A stretch of 64,000 bases of DNA from an uncultured Victivallales bacterium (lineage in GTDB: Bacteria > Verrucomicrobiota > Kiritimatiellia > UBA8416 > CAYOBW01): the NCBI GenBank assembly GCA_964550025.1, contig CAZJYI010000022.1:18249-82248 (forward strand), given 5' to 3'. The notes below the pieces were generated by a model. The model was not told where the DNA came from, ran no database searches, and worked only from the letters and a program-made list of their open reading frames with translations. Both the position numbers and the translations under genes were made by a program. Of this stretch, positions 1-8,727 are shown piece after piece; position 1 is the first letter of the stretch; every line of letters begins with the position of its first letter.

Positions 1-1410
1 ATTCCTGCCTGGTTCAGGGATGCCAAGTTCGGCATTTTCATCCATTGGGGAGTCTACGCCGTTCCCGCCTTTGGCAGCGAGTGGTACCCGAACCTGGTGT
101 ACCTGCACCCCGTGGAGAAGGCCAGTGATTGGGCACGCACCCACTGGGACGTGCCGTCCTTTCACGAACATCATGTCAGAACCTACGGTCCGCTGGACAG
201 GTTCGGCTACAAGGACTTCATTCCGATGTTTGGCGGGGAGCACTTCGACCCCGAAGGGTGGGTGGCGTTGTTCAAGGAGTGCGGGGCCAGGTATGTCGTT
301 CCCGTGGGCGAGCACCATGACGGCTTCCCGATGTATGCCAGCGAATTGACCGGGTGGAACGCGGCGCAGATGGGGCCGAAGCGCGACGTGGTGAAGGAAC
401 TGGAGGTTGCCACCCGCGCTGCCGGGCTGAAGTTCGGGGTCTCCTCACACCGGGCCAATCACTGGACGTACTACGTAATCGACGAGGCTTTCGACAACAG
501 CGATCCCGCGTACGCGGGACTGTACGGGCCGAACCGCGTGCAGGGCGAGCCTGAGAGCGAGGCGTTCGTGGCCGACTGGCTGGCGCGGACCCGGGAGTTG
601 ATCGCCCGGTTCCGCCCGGACCTGCTCTGGTTCGATATCGGTTGGCATCGCGAACCGTTTGCCCCTTACCGGCCCGTCGTGGTCGCCGAGTATTACAACG
701 ACGCGCTGGCGCACGGGTATGAACCGGTGTTGAACTACAAGAAGTCTCTTCCCGACGGGATCGCGGTGTTTGACATCGAGCGCGGGAAGCTGGCCGGTAT
801 CCGGGTCGAAGCGTGGCAGACCGACACCTCGATCAGTTACAACGCCTGGTGTCACATCGAGAATCAGCGCTACCGCACGCCGACCTCACTCATTCACGAC
901 CTGATCGATATCGTCAGCAAGAATGGCAACCTGTTGCTCAACGTGGGGCCGCGCGCGGACGGTGTGATTCCAAACGAGCAACGGGCGATCCTGCGCGCGA
1001 TGGGCGCGTGGCTGAAGGCCAACGGCGAGGCCATCTACGGGACGCGGCCGTGGCGGATCTTCGGCGAGGGGCCGACCGGAACGCCCACGGGGCAGCTCCA
1101 GGAGCAGAACCAGGCCGCGTACACCGAGCGGGACATTCGGTTTGTGCAGAAGGCGGGATGCCTCTACGTGTTTGTGCTGGTTCGACCCGAGGATGGCGTG
1201 GTGCGGATCGAGAGCCTGGGGAGAGATCGCGGTTACCGGAGCGGCCCGATTCGGTCCGTCGCATTGCTGGAGACGGGGGAAGCACTGCCTTGGGAGGAAA
1301 CCGCATCGGGTGTGAACGTTACGCTGCCGGCGCAGTTGACGGGGGAGCATGCGTGGGTGCTGAAGGTTATGACGGAATCTGAAACCGGGGATTCTGTTCG
1401 TTTTGCGTAG
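1..1410 (+). CDS. alpha-L-fucosidase, GH29 family (5' end cut by window edge)
   Basis: Frame 1 is open from base 1 (IPAWFRDAKFGIFIHWGVYAVPAFGSEWY...), upstream of the track's first Met at 97. GH29 hallmarks are present: FRDAKFGIFIHWG, ARYVVPVGEHHDGFPMY, DIVSKNGNLLLNVGPRADGVIP, AIYGTRPW. Stop at 1408-1410. Confidence 0.9.
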   Translation: MPAWFRDAKFGIFIHWGVYAVPAFGSEWYPNLVYLHPVEKASDWARTHWDVPSFHEHHVRTYGPLDRFGYKDFIPMFGGEHFDPEGWVALFKECGARYVVPVGEHHDGFPMYASELTGWNAAQMGPKRDVVKELEVATRAAGLKFGVSSHRANHWTYYVIDEAFDNSDPAYAGLYGPNRVQGEPESEAFVADWLARTRELIARFRPDLLWFDIGWHREPFAPYRPVVVAEYYNDALAHGYEPVLNYKKSLPDGIAVFDIERGKLAGIRVEAWQTDTSISYNAWCHIENQRYRTPTSLIHDLIDIVSKNGNLLLNVGPRADGVIPNEQRAILRAMGAWLKANGEAIYGTRPWRIFGEGPTGTPTGQLQEQNQAAYTERDIRFVQKAGCLYVFVLVRPEDGVVRIESLGRDRGYRSGPIRSVALLETGEALPWEETASGVNVTLPAQLTGEHAWVLKVMTESETGDSVRFA

Positions 1411-1432
1411 AAGAAGGAGGGGAGAGATTCGC

Positions 1433-1511
1433 GTGTACGAGTACATGTACGAGTAAGGGTGCGGCGCAAGTCGCGTCGGCTCCCTTCGTACTCGTACACG
1501 TACTCCTACAC
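1433..1511. repeat. long imperfect inverted repeat / hairpin between fucosidase and sulfatase genes
   Basis: Left arm is GTGTACGAGTACATGTACGAGTAAGGG (1433-1459). Right arm is CCCTTCGTACTCGTACACGTACTCCTACAC (1482-1511). They are complementary apart from a 3-nt bulge and 2 mismatches, with a 22-nt loop. Confidence 0.7.
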
Positions 1512-1554
1512 GCCGATCTCCGTTGCGGCCGAAGGCGGCCCTGGGAGGACCACA

Positions 1555-4500
1555 GTGAAGAGAGTACTGATCGCCATCCTGCTGTTGTCACTGACCGCAA
1601 CGGGCTGGGCCCGCAAGCCCAACGTGGTGTTTATCGTTCCCGACGACATGAAGCGCGCGCATCATGGGTTTATTGAGGGCAAAGCGCTGACGCCGAATAT
1701 CGATCGACTGGCGAACGAGGGGGTGTTCTTCTCGCGCGCCTATGCCACGACGAGCGTCTGCACGCCCAGCCGCTTCACCTTGCTGACGGGACGGTACGCC
1801 AGCCGCTGCGGCGCGCTGAAGCCGAAGGGCACGGAACGGGTCTACAACGTGCAATGGAATACGCCGTTGACGGACGAGGCGCATACGCTGCCCAAAGTGC
1901 TGCAGAAAGCCGGGTACGCCACCGGCATGGTCGGCAAGTGGCACAATGGGCACCCGAGAGACTGGTTCAAGGTGACGCGCAGTTTTGACAAGGACGACGA
2001 TCCCGCCAACCCGAAGGTGGCGGCGAAATTGAAGAAACTCGAGGAGTCGGTCAAGGCCTACTTCTATGAACAAGGGTTTGATTATGCAGAGGGTTTGGTG
2101 TTGGGAAACCTCGGATCGCACTTCCTGCGCAAGTTGCGCTATCACAACCAGGAGTGGTTTACCAAGGCGGCCGTGGACTTCATCTCGCAGAACAAAGACA
2201 GGTCATTCTTTCTCTACATGGCGACGACACTGATGCACGGGCCGAGTGCCGTTCAGTCGGTCAAGGCCGATCCGCGGGCGACGGCATTCGGCTACCTCGA
2301 GAAGCCCATTACTGTTCAGCCACCGCGCAAGGACGCATGGCAGCGAGGGCTTGATGCCGGGCACAATGCGCACGATGCCGCCGCGACCTGGCTCGATGAC
2401 GGCATCGGCGCGATCATGAAGCATCTTGAGAAGCTCGGATTGGCCGAGGACACCCTTATCGTCTACTTCAATGACCACGGCACGGACGTTGGCAAGGGGA
2501 GTTGTTATGAAGGGGGGGTGCGAACCCCCTCCATGGTGTACTGGCCGGGTCGTATCAAGCCCGGCGTGAGCGATGCGCTGGTGCAGAACACCGATTTCGT
2601 GCCGACGATCCTCGAGGCCTGCGGCGTGCCGATGCCCGCCGGCATGGTGTGCGACGGCAAGAGCTTGTGGCCGGTCCTGGATGGCCGGAAGACGGCGGTG
2701 AGGGAATACGCGTTCTGCGAGATGGGATACACCCGCGCGGTCATCACGCGCGACTGGAAGTACCTGGCCTTCCGCATCCCGCCCAGTGCGACGCCTACGA
2801 AAGAGCAACGGCGGGAAATGGCGCTGAAGATGCAGCGGTGGCACCTCGAGGCCGAGGACCGCCACGTGCCCGCCTATCCGGATGCACCGCTGTCGCACCT
2901 GGCATTCCCGGGTGGCATGGGGACGGAGCGGCCGGTGATCAACGGCTTCAAGTCGACCTACTACGATCCCGATCAGCTCTATCGGCTGACCCCGACGCCG
3001 CAGGAGCACGAGAACCTCGCCGGTGACCCGGAACACGCCGCGGTGCTGGCCGACATGAAGACGAAGATGCGTAAAGCCGTGACCACGTTGCCGGGCAACT
3101 TCGGTGAATTCGGAGAAACGGGCACCAAGTCCGCCGCTGTGCCGACGACAGAGGCCAAGCGCCCCAACTTTGTGGTCATTCTGTCCGACGATGTCGGCTT
3201 CGAAGAACACGGCGTGTACGGGGTGAAGAAGGGCGAGCCGTCGAACACACCGCGTATCGACCAGCTTGCCGAGCGCGGAGTGGCGTTCCAGACCGCCTGG
3301 ACGCAGTCGCTCTGTGGACCGTCGCGGGCGATGCTCTATACGGGGAACTACGCTCCGGTCAACGGATCGTATGACAACAAGATCAACTATCGGCCGGGCA
3401 GGCGGAAGGACCTGCCCTTCATTACCCGCCTGCTGCACGATGCCGGCTATACCACGGCCGTGGCCGGCAAGTGGCACAACCCCAACCCGGGCGTCGTCGG
3501 CCTTCATAACGACCAGCTCGGAGTCGACCGCTACTGCGTGTGGTACAGCTACCCGGAGAGAATCAAGGAGATTACCGGGCAGCAGGTTGTGGCTGATGGT
3601 GACTCGGAGATCGCCCCGCTGACCGGGAAACGGCTTCTTTCCCGTTATTGGAAGCCGACGATGATTCGCGACGGCCGACTCCTTGAAACCACGATGAAGG
3701 ACTACGGTCCCGACATGTTTGCGGACCACATCTGTGAGTTCATCCGCAAAGAGGCCAAGAGTGACCGTCCATTCCTGGCGTTCTATCCCATGGTCCTGGC
3801 GCACTCGGCGCACTGTGTGACACCGATCGATGTGGCGGCGGGCGCAAAGCCGTCCAACACGCACTACGCCAGGGGCAAGCCCGAGGGCGCGAAGATCTTC
3901 AGGAACCAGGTGGCTTACATCGACCGCCTGGTCGGGCGCGTGGTCGACACCGTCGAGGCCGCCGGTGTGGCCGACAACACAGTCATCATTTACGCGTCCG
4001 ACAACGGCACCACGGCGTCGTCGAAGGGGAAAGGGGTGGAGTACGGCGTGCATGTTCCCTTCGTCGTTGCCGGATCGCGAATTAAGCAGCGCGGGCTCGC
4101 AGCGGCGTTGATGGACTTCACCGACGTCCTGCCGACGCTGGCCGACTTTGCCGGGGCGGAGATTCCGGCTAACCAGCCCGTGGCCGGCGTGAGCCTGAAG
4201 CCGTTTCTGACCGGCGCGTCGGAGGAGACCAAGGACGTGATCTACGTACACCCCGGCATCTCCACGCTGGTCCGCACACGCGACTACCTGCTGGAGGCGG
4301 TTTGTCCCTTGTATGGTAAGCCACGCGGACGATTCTATCGGACACATGGGTCCTTCGACGGTCGCGGCTACGAGAACGTCACGCACAACCCCGAACACGC
4401 GAAGATGCGCAGGACTTTCGATGGCTACCTGGCGCGCAACCCGTCCTTGCTGCCTGAGAGCTTTGACGACCCGGTGTGGCAGACGAAACTGGAGCGCGGA

Positions 4501-4584
4501 TTCAAGCATTTCGACTCGGCACAACAGCGCAAGCACCACCTGTCGCTGCCGCATGACTACAAACTATACGACCCAACATTCTGA
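1555..4584 (+). CDS. exported tandem-domain sulfatase (two complete S1 sulfatase domains in one polypeptide)
   Basis: Domain 1 has NVVFIVPDDM and SVCTPSRFTLLTGRY. After the linker GEFGETGTKSAAVPTTEAK, domain 2 has PNFVVILSDDVG and SLCGPSRAMLYTGNY. The track start (GTG 1459) lies inside the hairpin loop. In-frame GTG 1555 follows GGGAGGA (1543-1549) and yields the signal peptide VKRVLIAILLLSLTATGWA. Confidence 0.85.
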   Translation: MKRVLIAILLLSLTATGWARKPNVVFIVPDDMKRAHHGFIEGKALTPNIDRLANEGVFFSRAYATTSVCTPSRFTLLTGRYASRCGALKPKGTERVYNVQWNTPLTDEAHTLPKVLQKAGYATGMVGKWHNGHPRDWFKVTRSFDKDDDPANPKVAAKLKKLEESVKAYFYEQGFDYAEGLVLGNLGSHFLRKLRYHNQEWFTKAAVDFISQNKDRSFFLYMATTLMHGPSAVQSVKADPRATAFGYLEKPITVQPPRKDAWQRGLDAGHNAHDAAATWLDDGIGAIMKHLEKLGLAEDTLIVYFNDHGTDVGKGSCYEGGVRTPSMVYWPGRIKPGVSDALVQNTDFVPTILEACGVPMPAGMVCDGKSLWPVLDGRKTAVREYAFCEMGYTRAVITRDWKYLAFRIPPSATPTKEQRREMALKMQRWHLEAEDRHVPAYPDAPLSHLAFPGGMGTERPVINGFKSTYYDPDQLYRLTPTPQEHENLAGDPEHAAVLADMKTKMRKAVTTLPGNFGEFGETGTKSAAVPTTEAKRPNFVVILSDDVGFEEHGVYGVKKGEPSNTPRIDQLAERGVAFQTAWTQSLCGPSRAMLYTGNYAPVNGSYDNKINYRPGRRKDLPFITRLLHDAGYTTAVAGKWHNPNPGVVGLHNDQLGVDRYCVWYSYPERIKEITGQQVVADGDSEIAPLTGKRLLSRYWKPTMIRDGRLLETTMKDYGPDMFADHICEFIRKEAKSDRPFLAFYPMVLAHSAHCVTPIDVAAGAKPSNTHYARGKPEGAKIFRNQVAYIDRLVGRVVDTVEAAGVADNTVIIYASDNGTTASSKGKGVEYGVHVPFVVAGSRIKQRGLAAALMDFTDVLPTLADFAGAEIPANQPVAGVSLKPFLTGASEETKDVIYVHPGISTLVRTRDYLLEAVCPLYGKPRGRFYRTHGSFDGRGYENVTHNPEHAKMRRTFDGYLARNPSLLPESFDDPVWQTKLERGFKHFDSAQQRKHHLSLPHDYKLYDPTF

Positions 4585-4606
4585 CGACGTGGTGAGAGGA
4601 GGCATC

Positions 4607-6985
4607 GTGAACAACGTTCGACTGATCGCAGTGCTTGTCGCAACGGCGGGACTGCTGGGTTGCGTGAGTCCGCAACCCGAAACGGGTGTCTATCACATTG
4701 CGCCGAACGGCAACGATAGTGGCGACGGCAGTGCCACCGCACCGTTCAAGACCTTTGTCAGGGCGTTCGAGGTGTTGCAGGACGGCGAGACACTGGAGCT
4801 CGCGGGCGGCGTGTACACCGAGGAGATCCGGCTCAGCGGATACACCAACAGCGTGACGCTGCGCGGCGGAGCCGGCAAAACCGCCGTCCTGCGCGGCACG
4901 CGGCCGCTGCCGAAGGCGTGGGTTGAGGGAGAGCACGGAATCTGGTCGCAGCGCCTGGACTTCGATGTCTGGCAGCTATTCAACGGCGACGAGCTGGTTT
5001 ACCTGGCACGCTGGCCCGACGCGTCGTTCGAGGACGGGTCCATGTGGCGCATGGCGCGGTGTATGCGTTCGGCGGACGGCGGGTACGACAAGCGCAAGAA
5101 GGCGTTCTTCGGCCGATGCAGAGAGGGTCTCATCGCTGATGCCGCCTTCGGGGCATCCGACGAAGAAGGCGGATTCTTCCGCGAAGGGGACAGTCGCTAC
5201 GAGCCCGAGTCGGGCCAGGAGACGCTTGCGGAATCCGGCAGGGACTTCACCGGCGCCATCGCGATGCTGAACATCGGCCATTGGTTGAGTTGGGCGCGGC
5301 CGATCACGCGGCACGGGGCCGGCGCCGACGGCTTTGAATACGACCCGCAGGGGGAACTGCCGTTGCATCGGTACTTCGCCTGGTACGTACGCGGTCTGGC
5401 GGCGCTGGACCGGCCCAACGAGTGGTGGTTCGACCACGAGACAAAGACTGTCTACTACATGCCGCCACGGGGGGTGGATCCCAACACATTGCCGCTTGAG
5501 GGACGCGTGCGCGATTTTGCCGTGAGCCTGACGGACTGCGCGGACCTCCGTTTCGAAAACCTGACCTGTTTCGGCGGCGCATTCTGGCTGAAGGACTGCC
5601 ACGGGATGACCTTTGAGGACTGCCGCTTCCTGTACGCCGCCACCCACAAGATCCCGCTGAACGAGCTCGGCTGGTTCAAGCCCCACAATCGCGACGGCCC
5701 GGGTCCCAAGATGCCCTCCGTATTCGGCGGTGCGAGCAACGCTTTTGTCAACTGCGAGTTCGGCTACTGCAATTCGCCGATCTTCTTCGGCGGCGAAGGA
5801 GACCGCATAGAGAACTGCTCCTTTCATGACATCGAGTGGGATCTCCTGTCGGACGGGGCAAGCGGATCCGTGGTCGTGCGTAACGGCGCGCTGTTTCTGC
5901 GCAACACTGTTTTCCGCACGGGCAATTCGGAAGGTGTGCGCTCAATGGGGATCGGTCCGCGCATCGAGTTGACCCATCTGTACGATATGGGCAACCTGCA
6001 GCACGACGGTGCGGCCATCAACGTCGGAACGGGATGCCAGATGGGGACGGTCGTCGCCCGCAACTGGGCACACGACTGCAATCGACAGGGCGTACGCTTC
6101 GACTATCACGGCTCCGGGATCTATCGCGAGGACGGGAAGATCCACGGCGACGGCGTCTACATGCGCAACGTCTCCTGGCGGACCCAGCCCAACCAGGTCA
6201 AAGGCGACCGCCATCTCGTGCTGAACAACACCGTCGTCAGCGTCAACCACTATCCCGATCCCGCCACGGAGGGATTCAACATGGTCGTGCAGGGTTTCAA
6301 ATGCATGCACGAGATTGAGGGCAACGCCGACAGTCTGACGCGCAACAACCTCGCCAACCTGGCGCACCGTGGTTGGAACCTGCAGAACCGGAAGTACGAG
6401 GACGGCTGGTGGGTGCGGAGCGACGGGTACAAGATGCCCGGCGCCTATGTGCTGCCGGGGCAGGTGGATCACAATGTGCGGGACAAAGGTGGCGCCTACA
6501 CATATCTGCGCGACCCGGCCAACTGGGACTTCCGGCCCAAGCCCGGCTCGCCGCTGGTGGACGGCGGTGCGGTAGTCAAGCCGCACGAGGTCAAGAGCGA
6601 CGTCATCACGTTCGAGGGGTTGACATACAACGGGGCGGCGCCGGACGTCGGCGCCTATGAGTCAGGCAACGCACGCTACTGGATCCCCGGCTGCAAGCAG
6701 AAGTCGGCTTCGACCCCGGTCCCGTGCGACGGTGCCGTCGACGTGCCGCTCGACGCCGATCTCATGTTCCTGGAGGCCTACAAGTCGGAGAGACATGCGG
6801 TCTATCTCGGCGAATCACCGAATCGCCTGAAGCGCATTCGCGTGTTGAAAGGAACGGCGACCAACATCGTTGCTCCACCGGTGCTGGGTCCGGACCGGAC
6901 CTACTACTGGCGCGTGGATGCAACACTGCCGGACAAGCGTGTCATTCCCTCGCCGGTGTGGTCGTTCCGGACCGAAGAACGATAG
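4607..6985 (+). CDS. right-handed parallel beta-helix lipoprotein (pectate-lyase-fold; candidate polysaccharide lyase/hydrolase)
   Basis: The track ORF starts at 4313 and overlaps the sulfatase. In-frame GTG 4607 follows AGGAGG (4597-4602) and gives VNNVRLIAVLVATAGLLGC (lipobox). YHIAPNGNDSGDGSATAPFKTF...LELAGGVYTEEI is the typical N-terminus of beta-helix proteins. The C-terminal part has PDVGAYE plus a small beta-sandwich-like tail. Confidence 0.7.
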   Translation: MNNVRLIAVLVATAGLLGCVSPQPETGVYHIAPNGNDSGDGSATAPFKTFVRAFEVLQDGETLELAGGVYTEEIRLSGYTNSVTLRGGAGKTAVLRGTRPLPKAWVEGEHGIWSQRLDFDVWQLFNGDELVYLARWPDASFEDGSMWRMARCMRSADGGYDKRKKAFFGRCREGLIADAAFGASDEEGGFFREGDSRYEPESGQETLAESGRDFTGAIAMLNIGHWLSWARPITRHGAGADGFEYDPQGELPLHRYFAWYVRGLAALDRPNEWWFDHETKTVYYMPPRGVDPNTLPLEGRVRDFAVSLTDCADLRFENLTCFGGAFWLKDCHGMTFEDCRFLYAATHKIPLNELGWFKPHNRDGPGPKMPSVFGGASNAFVNCEFGYCNSPIFFGGEGDRIENCSFHDIEWDLLSDGASGSVVVRNGALFLRNTVFRTGNSEGVRSMGIGPRIELTHLYDMGNLQHDGAAINVGTGCQMGTVVARNWAHDCNRQGVRFDYHGSGIYREDGKIHGDGVYMRNVSWRTQPNQVKGDRHLVLNNTVVSVNHYPDPATEGFNMVVQGFKCMHEIEGNADSLTRNNLANLAHRGWNLQNRKYEDGWWVRSDGYKMPGAYVLPGQVDHNVRDKGGAYTYLRDPANWDFRPKPGSPLVDGGAVVKPHEVKSDVITFEGLTYNGAAPDVGAYESGNARYWIPGCKQKSASTPVPCDGAVDVPLDADLMFLEAYKSERHAVYLGESPNRLKRIRVLKGTATNIVAPPVLGPDRTYYWRVDATLPDKRVIPSPVWSFRTEER

Positions 6986-6991
6986 GGAGGT

Positions 6992-8020
6992 GTGATCGTG
7001 GCCATTGCGATGAAGGACATTGCGGAACGCGTCGGCGTAAGTCGGACGGCAGTATCTTATGCGCTGTCCGGCACCGGACGATTGGACCCGCAGACGCGCG
7101 AGCGTATCAAGCAGGTGGCTGCGGAGATGGGGTATCGTCCCAACCTGGCGGCCAGCAGCATGCATACCGGTAGAACGCGCACGGTTGGGGTCATCGTTGC
7201 CTTGAAGGATCCCTTTTTTGCTCGCGTTCTCCTGGGGATACACGACGCCCTGGCACCGCACAACTACATGTCCCTGCTGCTTGCGCCTTCACATCGCGAA
7301 CCGTTGTTGGACCAGGTTCACCGACTGATCGATCGGCGCGTGGACGGGATTATCCTGCGTCCCCCCAACGACATGGACGCGGATGTCTGGCGAACCGAGG
7401 TGGAGAAGTGGGAGATACCGCTGGTTACGGTGGATGCACCACTGCCCACGGCCCCGCACGTGGACTACGTGGGCACCAACGACGCAGAGGGCGGCGCTTT
7501 GGCTGCGCGGCACCTGCTGGCCTTGGGGCACCGGCGGTTTGGGATGCTGGTGGGGAGTTGGTTCTACACGGCACAGGCCCGGGCTGAGGGGTTCAGACGG
7601 GAGTTGGATACGGTTGCCGGCACCAGCTGCGCCTCGGCCACAATGTCCGGTTCGAAATCGGCGCCGCTGAAGATCGAGGAGTTGTTTGAGACGCAACCGC
7701 GACCGACGGCGATCTTCGCGGTGACCGACTCGTTGGCATTTCCCGTCTATGATATCGCCCTTGAGAAGGGTATTGAGATCGGTCGTGACCTCTCCCTGGT
7801 TGGTTACTCCGATTCCATTCCGTCGGCCCTGCTCTCACCGCCCCTTACCTCAATCCACCAGGCCCCCGAGGCCATGGGAGAACAGGCGGCACAGTTCATC
7901 CTCGACCGTATTGAATCCAAGGAGCAGGGCGATCTCCCGCCGCGTCGTGTCGATCTGAATCCCACCCTCGTGGATCGCGCGTCCAGCGGCCCGCTGCAAC
8001 GCCGGAGTGAACGGGAGTAG
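6992..8020 (+). CDS. LacI-family transcriptional regulator
   Basis: N-terminal HTH MKDIAERVGVSRTAVSYALSG, followed by a periplasmic-binding-protein-like sugar-sensor fold (VGVIVA..., DGIILRP, AIFAVTDSLAFPVY). The start is ambiguous between GTG 6992, GTG 6998 and ATG 7010; GGGAGG lies at 6985-6990. Confidence 0.85.
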   Translation: MIVAIAMKDIAERVGVSRTAVSYALSGTGRLDPQTRERIKQVAAEMGYRPNLAASSMHTGRTRTVGVIVALKDPFFARVLLGIHDALAPHNYMSLLLAPSHREPLLDQVHRLIDRRVDGIILRPPNDMDADVWRTEVEKWEIPLVTVDAPLPTAPHVDYVGTNDAEGGALAARHLLALGHRRFGMLVGSWFYTAQARAEGFRRELDTVAGTSCASATMSGSKSAPLKIEELFETQPRPTAIFAVTDSLAFPVYDIALEKGIEIGRDLSLVGYSDSIPSALLSPPLTSIHQAPEAMGEQAAQFILDRIESKEQGDLPPRRVDLNPTLVDRASSGPLQRRSERE

Positions 8021-8185
8021 CGGCGTGGAGTATCTCTCGGGCACCAGCGCCGGCGTCAATCCGCAAGGGGAAAGGGGATCCATGTACAAACAGGCACTGA
8101 GCATTTTCCTGTCCGGCGGCAGGATCGTGGGTTGCTCATGGGGTGCGTTCTCCGTCTTCTCTTCCGCCTTCCCGACGGTCCGGTC

Positions 8186-8262
8186 GACGATAGGGGACGA
8201 CGATAGGGGTGGTCGACTGGGAGATCTCTCCTCGTCGACCGCTCTCGTCGCGCGCTATCGTC
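8186..8262. repeat. imperfect long inverted repeat with a strong central hairpin (probable bidirectional terminator)
   Basis: Central stem GGTCGAC (8211-8217) pairs with GTCGACC (8234-8240) around TGGGAGATCTCTCCTC. The outer arms carry GACGATAGGGG twice on the left and CTATCGTC on the right. It lies between the convergent LacI gene and the minus-strand gene remnant. Confidence 0.6.
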
Positions 8263-8274
8263 AACCGATCCCCA

Positions 8275-8652
8275 CTAGTCTCCCGTCGCGTACTCGTATC
8301 CCGCGCGGTCCCCTTTCACCGGGTAACCGTGGTACAGATACAGCGCGCCGTAGGTCCAGCCCTTGAGCCCGGGGTAGTTGGCGCGGTCCATAGTGAGCGC
8401 GATGTAGGGGGCGGGGTACCCATCGGGGAGCGGGATGACATTGGGCCAGCAGCGCGTGCCGCTCGTGTCGTCCCAGGGCGGACGGAACATGTCCAGCGCT
8501 CCGAGTGGTCTGAGCTCGGGATAGGAGTAGACATAGAACTTGCGGTCGGCACTGCCGAACAACGCGTAGTACTTCGAGCCGATCTTCTGGAGCAGACAGC
8601 CCGTACCGTTCACGTTGGCGGGACCGGCTATGCGCTCGTAGGGACCGTCCAA
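8275..8652 (-). pseudogene. C-terminal remnant of a beta-propeller glycosidase-like gene (family not identified)
   Basis: The 125-aa ORF (…GSKYYALFGSADRKFYVYSYPELRPLGAL…IALTMDRANYPGLKGWTYGALYLYHGYP) looks like a real protein C-terminus. It has no plausible N-terminus: an in-frame stop at 8716-8718 sits just upstream and there is no signal peptide. The FG-GAP gene starts at 8728 on the other strand. Confidence 0.3.
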
Positions 8653-8727
8653 CCGCCTGAGCTCTGCCTGGTTGGATTGCGTCCTATTCTTGTTGAGTCC
8701 CAGAGGCCTTGCAAGCTAGATTCAGGC

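Noticed and set aside
2203-4554. 783-aa minus-strand ORF. Similar very long ORFs lie opposite real genes: 34007-36841(+), 58372-60714(+), 51814-53685(+), 14331-15905(+), 46708-48222(+), 38122-39486(+), 41126-42466(+), 48989-50218(+) and 22876-24042(+).
   Set aside because: All lie antisense to ORFs with unmistakable family signatures (sulfatase, GH29, GH95, beta-helix, propeller). Their translations are Arg/Pro/Gly/Val-rich with no recognisable motifs. This is the usual stop-codon-poor antisense frame of GC-rich genes.
4313-4606. N-terminal extensions of track ORFs that overlap upstream genes: 4313 for the beta-helix gene, 1459 for the sulfatase, 46804 for P4, 31455 for the propeller paralog, 10802 for DUF4276, 55240 for the AraC-type gene, 55230 for the DUF5060 gene and 53769 for the GH110-like gene
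   Set aside because: In each case an internal in-frame start with a Shine-Dalgarno-like sequence produces a normal signal peptide or lipobox. It also removes the overlap, or an Arg-rich, non-protein-like leader.
8209-8727. 5' extension of the FG-GAP ORF (the track gives 8209-9870, 553 aa)
   Set aside because: The extension is Arg/Val-rich and antisense to a protein-like remnant. The FG-GAP homology and a signal peptide begin at ATG 8728.
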